53,168 nucleotides of DNA from Geosiphon pyriformis uo1 (lineage: Eukaryota; Fungi; Glomeromycota), in assembly GCA_016748015.1 (NCBI GenBank), contig JAAOMT010000205.1:1-53168 (forward strand), written 5' to 3'. A program made the position numbers and the translations under genes. Positions 1 to 8,729 of the stretch are shown in pieces; within the stretch, counting starts at the first letter, position 1, and each line of letters starts with the position of its first letter. Below the pieces are notes generated by a model that had not been told where the DNA came from, searched no databases, and saw only the letters and a list, made by a program, of their open reading frames with translations.

Positions 1-329
1 GCTATCATGGGCTGTTGCTGGTAAGCTCCTTGATTTTGATACGTGGTGGGATATTGGCGTGGTATTGGCGTGTACTGGTTTCTGGGCATTTGGGGTGGCG
101 CGTAGTAATTATTTTCGCGTGCTTCCTGCATCATTCGCGTTCGACATTGACTAATCAAATGTCCTACGCGTTTGCAAAAATGGCAGGCGCGTGTTTCTGT
201 TCTGAATTCCTGGCGCGACGGGCGATTATTTCGACTGTCGCTGACTTCCTGGCTGCGTCTTTGGGGTGGTTGGTATGTATTTTTTCTCGGATCCGGGATG
301 AGGTAACTTTCTATTTTCTTAGAGAGTTC
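1..329 (-). CDS. gag: Element F Gag fragment (nucleocapsid region with CCHC zinc knuckle); partial, runs off the window and into an N gap
   Basis: Minus strand translates without stops as ELSKKIESYLIPDPRKNTYQPPQRR...ETRACHFCKRVGHLISQCRTRMMQE...; CX2CX4HX4C knuckle preceded by the same K(I/L)E.(Y/F)L...YQPPQ motif seen in Gag of A-D. Not in the supplied ORF track. Confidence 0.88.
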
Positions 330-740
330 NNNNNNNNNNNNNNNNNNNNNNNNNNNNNNNNNNNNNNNNNNNNNNNNNNNNNNNNNNNNNNNNNNNNNNN
401 NNNNNNNNNNNNNNNNNNNNNNNNNNNNNNNNNNNNNNNNNNNNNNNNNNNNNNNNNNNNNNNNNNNNNNNNNNNNNNNNNNNNNNNNNNNNNNNNNNNN
501 NNNNNNNNNNNNNNNNNNNNNNNNNNNNNNNNNNNNNNNNNNNNNNNNNNNNNNNNNNNNNNNNNNNNNNNNNNNNNNNNNNNNNNNNNNNNNNNNNNNN
601 NNNNNNNNNNNNNNNNNNNNNNNNNNNNNNNNNNNNNNNNNNNNNNNNNNNNNNNNNNNNNNNNNNNNNNNNNNNNNNNNNNNNNNNNNNNNNNNNNNNN
701 NNNNNNNNNNNNNNNNNNNNNNNNNNNNNNNNNNNNNNNN
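330..740. other. Assembly gap (411 N)
   Basis: Run of N. Confidence 1.
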
Positions 741-1100
741 TTCCTTGAGCGTTCCTAAAGGTGGCTTCCCTTATATCCGGTTCTTCCTCTTGATCACGAG
801 TTTCTTGGTTTCTGGACTGGCTGCTTGTTCCAGTGATTGGTCTTGTGATTGTTTTTTCGCTGGTCTCTTTTTCGGATTCTGATTCAGACTCCTCTTCACG
901 GTTTTCAAACCCCGTTCTAAATTTTGGCTGAAAAAGAGGGTTTTGGAATAGTGATGAATATCCTCCTGTAATTGGTATGTCTCCCCAGTTACGTTGTTTA
1001 ATTTTATCAATATAACTAGGAGTTTTTGGCGTTTGTGGAGTTGATGTTGATGATGATGCAGCTCCTAATGGAATTTGTACCTTATTTTCTGGTGAAAAAT
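741..1100 (-). CDS. gag: Element F Gag N-terminal low-complexity region; partial
   Basis: Open minus frame FSPENKVQIPLGAASSSTSTPQTPKTP...NWGDIPITGGYSSLFQN...EEESESESEKE; resembles TPRTP...W....GEYGSLFGN in Gag of C; lies upstream of the knuckle fragment on the same strand. Confidence 0.65.
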
Positions 1101-1510
1101 NNNNNNNNNNNNNNNNNNNNNNNNNNNNNNNNNNNNNNNNNNNNNNNNNNNNNNNNNNNNNNNNNNNNNNNNNNNNNNNNNNNNNNNNNNNNNNNNNNNN
1201 NNNNNNNNNNNNNNNNNNNNNNNNNNNNNNNNNNNNNNNNNNNNNNNNNNNNNNNNNNNNNNNNNNNNNNNNNNNNNNNNNNNNNNNNNNNNNNNNNNNN
1301 NNNNNNNNNNNNNNNNNNNNNNNNNNNNNNNNNNNNNNNNNNNNNNNNNNNNNNNNNNNNNNNNNNNNNNNNNNNNNNNNNNNNNNNNNNNNNNNNNNNN
1401 NNNNNNNNNNNNNNNNNNNNNNNNNNNNNNNNNNNNNNNNNNNNNNNNNNNNNNNNNNNNNNNNNNNNNNNNNNNNNNNNNNNNNNNNNNNNNNNNNNNN
1501 NNNNNNNNNN
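1101..1510. other. Assembly gap (410 N)
   Basis: Run of N; probably shorter than the true missing LTR plus leader sequence. Confidence 1.
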
Positions 1511-1663
1511 CTGCTATTGTGAACTGGTGCTTGCCACTATCGCGAGATGGTGTTTGCTACTATGTTAATCATTACCTTTCTAAGATTATTACTGTGCTAT
1601 ATTATGATTGAATAGTTTGTATTATTTTTATGATTCTTTTTGCTAAATTCTTAAACCGTAACA
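1511..1663 (-). repeat. Outer end of the 5' LTR of element F
   Basis: Ends GTAACA at 1663 (TGTTAC on minus, same terminus as A-E) exactly where LINE ORF1 homology stops; flank CCAC 1664-1667. Linkage to the gag fragments crosses an N gap. Confidence 0.7.
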
Positions 1664-2365
1664 CCACCCAAGAAGAAGAACCACTAACCACCTGAACCCA
1701 AGTTTTCTCACCAAAAGAAACTGAGTGAACAATTGGCACTTGCTTCTTCTTATATATGTTTGCCAAATGAATCTGATCCTGAGGAGTTGCCACCCACTTA
1801 CCACAAGCACCAAAATTTTCACCCAATAAATACTCTGTAGAGATATGACCAAACTGTTTGCAATTAGCACAACGGCCAAAGAAAGACCAGCCCAGTGCAA
1901 ATTCACACCCTTAAACACTAGAATAGAACCAATAGCAGCCAATTGGAAGCCTCATTGACAAAACACACAATTACACATCTATCATACACATATAAGCTGG
2001 GATTATGGCTGATAAAACAGGTCTTTCTACCATATGATTTCAACAAATCAGAAAGATCATGAGCCATTATACCAACTGGAAGAGTATAAAACAATGCCTG
2101 ATGACAATTTTTCACTACTTACAATTCTTTGTCATTCACTGTCAATACAACATGAACAGAATTTTTACCCATGAGAACTGACCATTTAAAAGCAACCAAG
2201 CTAGCCACATCTGATGACTCAAATTCTACTAAAGCTTTTTGCCAAAGTCTAATCAGTTGTATCCTAATCAAAATCATCTGATCAAATTTAGAGAACACTG
2301 ACTCAATTGCTGATTTGAGAAGATCTACTGGAATCTCCTTGACAATTACCTCCTGATTTAAATGG
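1664..2365 (-). pseudogene. LINE-a ORF1, downstream part (RRM-like region plus degenerate knuckle)
   Basis: Minus: HLNQEVIVKEIPVDLLKSAIESVFSKFDQMILIRIQLIRLWQKALVEFESS...ALFYTLPVGIMAHDL...LANIYKKKQVPIVHSVSFGEKTW; joins in frame to the 43738 segment when element A and one TSD copy are removed (RKINSH-LNQEV). Confidence 0.85.
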
Positions 2366-2424
2366 TGTTACTTGAAGAAAGAAAGAAAAAGTGACCTGAA
2401 AAAAAACGTGACAAAACATGAAAA

Positions 2425-2580
2425 GACACAGAATAGCACACAATAATGTTAAATAACACATTATAATGTTAGATAATGCATTATAACATAAGATAATATG
2501 TTATAATACAGGATAACATAGAATAACATATAATAACATCAGATAACATGTTATAACATAGAATAATTAGTTATAATATA
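2425..2580 (+). repeat. U3 array of about 9-10 bp ATAAC-core units (A/C type)
   Basis: Repeated ATAACAC/ATAATGT/ATAACAT units; less decayed copy in C at 7675-7865 keeps palindromic ATAACGCGTTAT. Confidence 0.85.
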
Positions 2581-2647
2581 AGAAAAACGAAGTAATAGCT
2601 AGCAAAAACAGACAATCCAAAGCAATCCTGTAAAACTAGAAAATACA

Positions 2648-2655
2648 TATATATA
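2648..2655 (+). promoter_or_regulatory. Putative LTR TATA box (equivalents at 4544, 7950, 37737, 47990)
   Basis: TATATATA or TATAAAA at an equivalent position in each LTR family, downstream of the U3 array and upstream of AATAAA-like motifs and a T-rich tract. Confidence 0.55.
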
Positions 2656-3270
2656 GCAATAGCATTAGAGACAGAAGGAAGGAAAAGGGAAAAAAAAAAT
2701 TCCTTAGTTACTGTTCCCCAGTTAGAAACCATAGCATTCTAAAATATTAATAAATATACTTATTCAGCATCTCAAATCCAGTTGTTCACTATCAACTCTA
2801 AATGGTCATAGTAATTAATACTTAAAACATATAGGAACAATAGTTCTTGATTACGGCTATTGATAGGATACTAACTTACATTGTCTTGGCTTATTGTCTT
2901 TATTTTTTTTATCTCTTTTATTTTTTTGTCTTTATTTTGTTGGGTATACTAATTGATTGAAGATTAAAGTGCTAAGTATTGATGTCAAAAATTGCCTGGT
3001 AAAAAACCTCTGCAAGTGGGTAGAATGTGTAAGAATTATGGATTGCTTACCAGAGGATTGCTGACCATTACGCTGAAAAAAAAATTGATAGAATTGGGAT
3101 TCTGGGAAGCTATAGAAAAAATAACACAAGAATCTTTGTCCATTATACAAAAAACTCCAATCAAAATCTTCTGATTGAAACATTTTTAGACATTACTAAT
3201 GTTATCAATTAAGCACCAAGTTATGGGTTTGTTATTTGCTTTGAGACCCCAAATAATCACCTGTAATATT

Positions 3271-3287
3271 TGGTGCTCTCTGTAAGG
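3271..3287 (+). promoter_or_regulatory. Primer-binding site of A
   Basis: TGGTGCTCTCTGTAAGG, 2 nt after the LTR end. Confidence 0.85.
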
Positions 3288-3330
3288 TATAATCCTACAA
3301 AAAACCAGCACCAACAACAATCATCCAAAA

Positions 3331-4324
3331 GTAACAGAATCAGAAATCATAGGAGCAAACCATTTAGAATTTGCCAAATCCTTGTTTCAACAATACAGCT
3401 AACAATTAGGATTAAACAACAATCATTTCCCAGTAGAATCAGCCTTCAACTTTTACATCAACAATAAAATCACAGACTGCTTAGAAGGAACAGTTAATAT
3501 TGAATCCACAAGAGAAAATTTCTATACAGAATTATTTCAACATACCAGCTTACCAAGAAATCACAGTTTTGCACCAATCATTAGGAAAATCAATTAAATT
3601 ATTGAAAGATACACCCAACAACAATTTCCCATCACCTACGCAGACAAAGACAAAAGAAGATTGCAAACACCAGTGATAACACCCAAAAAAATACAATCAC
3701 CCACTTGGAAGAAAACCAGAGTTGAATCACCAACCAATTCATTATATCATTATACACCAAGAAGTGCTATCAATATATTATCAGCAAATGTATCTACATC
3801 AAATGCGACATTAACCTTTAGATGATTCTTATTCTAAAGTAAACAAAAAAGAGCAGAGTTACTAGAACCATATGGCAAATATTTTAAAGGATTTAAATTA
3901 TGATCGCCAATGCCATTAGGTTTCCGATCACCACTACCTCAACCAAATTTTGGAAATGCGAGTTCCTGAAAAATAACAAAATCAGAAGAGGAGGAAGAAG
4001 AAGAAGCTGAAGATCAGGAATTTACTTACCAGAATCCGATCACAGAGAATTCAGAAATTGAAACTCCGAACATTCAAACCCAACAAATTCTGAATAATCT
4101 AAACCTGAGTTAATTAATCAGAGAAACTTACCTTTAATAATTGTCATCAATCAGCCACCAATTGTACCAATATTGAAACCAATTCTACTGCAGCCACTTC
4201 AGCAACCTATTCAACCACTGCTTTAACAACCCCAACAGCCATTGCAACAACCACAACCACAACAATTGAATTTAGATCTAATGGCCTACACTTTAATAGT
4301 GAAACTTAAAAAGTTTACTGGCAA
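3331..4324 (+). pseudogene. gag: A gag, 5' part (interrupted by B)
   Basis: VTESEIIGANHLEFAKSLFQ...MAYTLIVKLKKFTG; resumes in frame at 34605 (KEDNAQIWL); multiple stops. Confidence 0.9.
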
Positions 4325-5125
4325 TGTTACTCATAGAAAGAAAACAGATATAGGGAAATAGTAGACCAATAAGTAAATAGCATGTAGCATGTGAACATAT
4401 TGCTCAGCAAGGTGGAGCAATGTCAGAAAACATGGCACATTGCTCAGCAGTGTGAAGCAATGTTAGAAAATTAGAGCACATTGCTCAAAAAATCATAGCA
4501 TAGCACTTGGGAATGTGAGCAATCTCGTAGAACATCAATTATGTATATATAGTAATAGCATTAAAAGTAGAAAGAGTAAAATCTTTTAACTAGAAATCTC
4601 TTATCCACAAATATTAAATAAATAAATTATTCACCATCCACATCTACTCTCCACTATCAACACTTCATGTTGATAGTAATTGATACTTAACCCTGTTGGA
4701 ACAATAGCTCTTGATCATGGCTATTGACAAGATACTAACTTACAATTGCTTTGGTTTATTTTTTTTTATGTTTTCATTTCTTTGTTTTACTAATTAATTA
4801 AAAAGTTAAGTGTTAAGTTATTGATGTCAAGGATAGCTTGGTAAAAGACCCCAAAGGAAAGGTATAGGAATTGAAAATTTAAGAATAGCTTACTAGAAGG
4901 GCATCTCTGTCAAGATTACTGGCCACCACGCTGAGAAAGAAATTTGACGGAATTGCAATTCCAGGAGACTACAGAAAAGACAACAATTAAATCTCTGTTT
5001 ATTATACAAAAGACTCTACAACAAAACTTTTAGATCATTATTATCATTACCAATGACAATAGCTCTTGAGCACCAAGTTATGGGTTTGTTATTTGACTTG
5101 AGACCCCAAATAATCAACTGTAACA
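4325..5125 (+). repeat. 5' LTR of B
   Basis: TGTTACTCATAG...TGTAACA; direct repeat of 33781-34600. Confidence 0.95.
4385..4525 (+). repeat. U3 array of B (ACATTGCTC / GAGCAATGT inverted units)
   Basis: Alternating ACATTGCTCAGCA and GAGCAATGT motifs; the 3' LTR copy has an extra unit. Confidence 0.85.
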
Positions 5126-5127
5126 TT

Positions 5128-5144
5128 TGGTGCTTCCTGTGAGG
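5128..5144 (+). promoter_or_regulatory. Primer-binding site of B
   Basis: TGGTGCTTCCTGTGAGG. Confidence 0.88.
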
Positions 5145-5188
5145 TATAATCCTACAGAGAACCAGCATTAACTACACCTATTCCAAAA

Positions 5189-7617
5189 ATGGCAGAATCA
5201 GAAAGTATAGGAGCAAACCATTTAGGATTCACAAAATTCTTATTTCAACACTACTGTCAACACTTGGGATTAAACCAAAATCATATATCAGCAGAATCAG
5301 TCTTCAATTTCTATGTTAATGAAAAAATTGCCTATTTGTTAGAAACACCAGTAAACACTGAATCAGCAAGAAAAATCTTTTACCATGAATTAATCCAAAA
5401 CACCAGTTTACCAACAAATTATAATTTTGCATCCATCATTACTGAGATTAACAAAAAAATTGAACATCATACACAACAAAGATATCCAATCACCTATGCA
5501 AGCAAAGGCAAAGAAAAACTACAAACACTAGCAGTAACATCTCAATGAATCCAACCACCCACTTGGAAGAAACACAAAGTTGAATCACTCACAAATTTAT
5601 TATATTATTATACTCCTAGAAGTGCCATCAATATCACATCAACAGACGCGTCTACATTAAATGTGATCTCAACATTTGGACAATTTGCATTCCAAAGTAA
5701 ACAAAGAAAAACAGACCTACTAGAACCATATGGTGAATACTTTGAAGGATTTAATTCACGATCGCCAACCCCATCAGGACTTCGATCACTGTCACTGCCA
5801 CCAAATTTTGGAATCTCTGATCCATGAGAAATAATGGAATCAGAAGAAGAATCTAAGGATCAAGAATTTACTTACCAAAACCCAATTCCAAAAAATCCAA
5901 CAATTGAAACCCCAAATCTCCAAACTCAGCAACATCTAGATTTAGAAAATCCAGAAATCAAAACCCTGAATATTCAAACACCACAAAATCATAACAATTC
6001 AAATCCTGAATTAATTAATCAGCCAAACTTACTTCCAGTAATTGTTATTAATCAACCACTAATTAAACCAATTATTGAACCAATTAAACCTCCTCAACAA
6101 CCTCAGCAGCTGTTTCAACAGCTGCAATAACAACTTTAACAACCAAACTTAGATTTAATGGCCTATGCTCCAATAGCAAAACTTGAGAAATTCACTGGCA
6201 AAGAAGATGATGCCCAAATCTGGCTCAACGACATTGAAAAAGCCATTACAGCCAATAGATAGAATGATGCAAAAGCACTCCAAGCTATTCCCTATTTTCT
6301 GCAAGATACCGCCAACTCGTGGTATCAAAGTTTAGTTGCCAAATCTTAAACATTCCAGAAATTTAAAGTTGCATTTCTGGAATATTTCAGTAATAATAAT
6401 AGTATTAACCACCTAGTCAACACCTTCACTACCATCAAACAGGGAGAAAATAAAGCAGTTACCACTTACTTAAGATGCTTCCACAGAAATCTGTGCCAAA
6501 TCCAGGTCATACAGACTGATTATTTTACAGCACCACAGATTCTGAATCAATTTATTAAAGGTCTGTACAGTAGCATTCTTTAATGCGTTTACTCAATGCA
6601 TCCAGTAGATCTTCAAGCTGCTGTTATGGATGCCAGAGATTTTAAAGCCACTGAACTCAAAGCCAATCATGCCTATACAGTAAATCTAGTGATGAATAAA
6701 CCATCTGAACTGGATTCCAAATTAAAACAAATCAGCAAATCAATCAATCAAAAATTAGAAGGATACTTAGCTAACACCAATCAAGCCATTTATTAACCAC
6801 CCCAATGACACAACAATTAGAAAAACAGAAATTGCTCTCAAAATCAGTCACGTTTAGCATCATTCTCGACCAATTAACAGTGGTAGCAAGAAATGCATGC
6901 ATGCCACTATTGTAGTAAACAAAGACATTTACAATTTGAATGTCGAAAAAAGATAAGCAACCAGAGATCAGCTAATCAGTATTAAAACTCTGATCGCCAA
7001 CTACAAATTCAGAATTATGTCAGTAATCAATCAAACTCAGCTCTATATTAACCGAATTACCTTCCTATGATGCAGCCAATATATCAAACTCCAATGATAC
7101 AGCAATTATACTCACCTCCAGTCTATCAGCCTCCAGCATCAATTTATCAACTGCAGTCCCAATCCATTTATCAGCCACAATCTCAGATAAATTATCCGCC
7201 CCAACAAAATCAGACACTGCCATATAACTTACCTTAAAACAGAACTCAAAGACTGAGATTAACACAACAGAGCTGGAGATCATTGATGGTAATCTATCAA
7301 CTGATTTCCAGTTCTGTAAACCTGCCATTAGGATCTCGACAACGGAATTTGAGCACCAGATACAGCCAAAACCTGAATGCACAACATTATTTAAGTCTTC
7401 TGGTTATCCCAGAAAACACCTTACTCAACAATATAGCAACCAACCAAAAACAACTAATCACCAGCAACATACCTCTAGCCACTATTACCAACAATAAATC
7501 ACTAGCAGCAATCTTCCCATTTGAATTTAAGGAAACTACACCAGTTCCATTATTTAGTGGAGCTGCTTTTGACACCAAACTAATCACCACTATGTACACT
7601 GATGTAAAAGTTAATGG
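5189..7617 (+). pseudogene. gag: B gag through start of protease (interrupted by C)
   Basis: MAESESIGANH...MAYAPIAKLEKFTGKEDDAQIWL, knuckle CHYCSKQRHLQFEC, then YTDVKVNG; Gag and PR in the same frame. Confidence 0.9.
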
Positions 7618-8709
7618 TATTACCCAAGTAAAAAAACCGATCCAAAGTTATGAAGAAATGTGACCAAAATGTGACATAATACAGAATAACGCGCAATAAT
7701 GTTGGATAACGCGTTATAATGTTAGATAACGTGTTATAATGCAGGATAACACAGAATAGTGTGCAATAACATAGGATAATGTGTTATAACACAGGATAAC
7801 ACAGAATAACATGTAATAATGTCAGATAATGTGTTATAACATAGGATAATTAGCAATAACATAGAAAAACGAAGCAATAACAGAAACAACAAAGCAATAG
7901 CTAGTGATAGCGAGACAATTGAAAGCAATTCTGTAAAACCAAAAGAATGTATAAAAGCAAATAGTTGTAAAAATGAGAAAAGACAGAGAAGAAAAAATAG
8001 ATATGAACCTCTAGACCAGAAATTAAAATATCCATACCCCTTCATCCTTTATTATTTTCTCTATTTTATCTCCTGAAATAAACCAATTATTAAAAGAAAT
8101 CAGAATCATGAATTTATGTTCTCAAACTTCGTGGAATTTACATGAATTAACCCTTGTCTTGTACTTCCATTTTAGAACAGATGCTCTTAACATAACCACC
8201 TCGAATCTATTAACAATTTGGACCAATTGCTCTTGATCACAGCAATTAATGATACTAATTTATTTTTTCTCTCTTTTCTTTTCTTTTCTTTTTCTTTTTC
8301 TTTTTTTTTCTGTCTTATTTTTTGTGGAGTGGCAACATAGTAAAATTGACTGTCTGGGAATAGACTTCGTGATAGCCTGGTAAAAGAGGGAAGCTCCCCC
8401 TAAGTTTTGGATATTAACATTATCTTGTTAGCTTACCAAAAGGGTGAAAAGACAACGCCAGACCCTAATGACTGTGCTCATTAGCTCAGAAAAAAAAGCT
8501 CATATTTATGAAAAATGTTGCAATCAACAAAAGACAAACTCTGTGCCTTATAACCAAAGAACTCAATGGGTAAAATTCACATTCAGAAATAGACTTTCAG
8601 AGACTGATAATCAAGACTAAGCCAACAGAATTACATGAAAGATGCATCATTAATAATTGAGAGCACCAAACGTTACCATTTCCCATATCCACCAAGTTTA
8701 CCTGTAATA
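7618..8709 (+). repeat. 5' LTR of C
   Basis: TATTACCC...TGTAATA (both termini decayed); direct repeat of 16768-17870. Confidence 0.95.
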
Positions 8710-8711
8710 TT

Positions 8712-8729
8712 TGGTGCTCCCTGTGAGGT
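8712..8729 (+). promoter_or_regulatory. Primer-binding site of C
   Basis: TGGTGCTCCCTGTGAGGT; tRNA-like complement of CCA, discriminator, acceptor stem and T stem. Confidence 0.9.

Larger units (their letters stand above)
2366..3268 (+). repeat. 5' LTR of A
   Basis: Starts TGTTACTTGAAG, ends TGTAATA (CA decayed to TA); direct repeat of 42792-43733. Confidence 0.95.

Noticed and set aside
15-1568. Track ORFs 15-758 and 1026-1568 (+)
   Set aside because: Artefacts of translating through N gaps; the real coding frame is minus-strand gag.
7065-7599. Many short antisense ORFs over gag-pol
   Set aside because: Shadows of the sense-strand codon bias; no conserved starts or stops across elements.
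7734-8045. Hydrophobic antisense ORFs in the C LTRs (also 16884-17195) suggesting a membrane protein
   Set aside because: They are translations of the A-rich U3 repeat array and are not conserved in other families.
8597-8605. TCAGAGACT resembling the group I intron R element
   Set aside because: No matching S element to form P7 and not conserved in the other LTR families.
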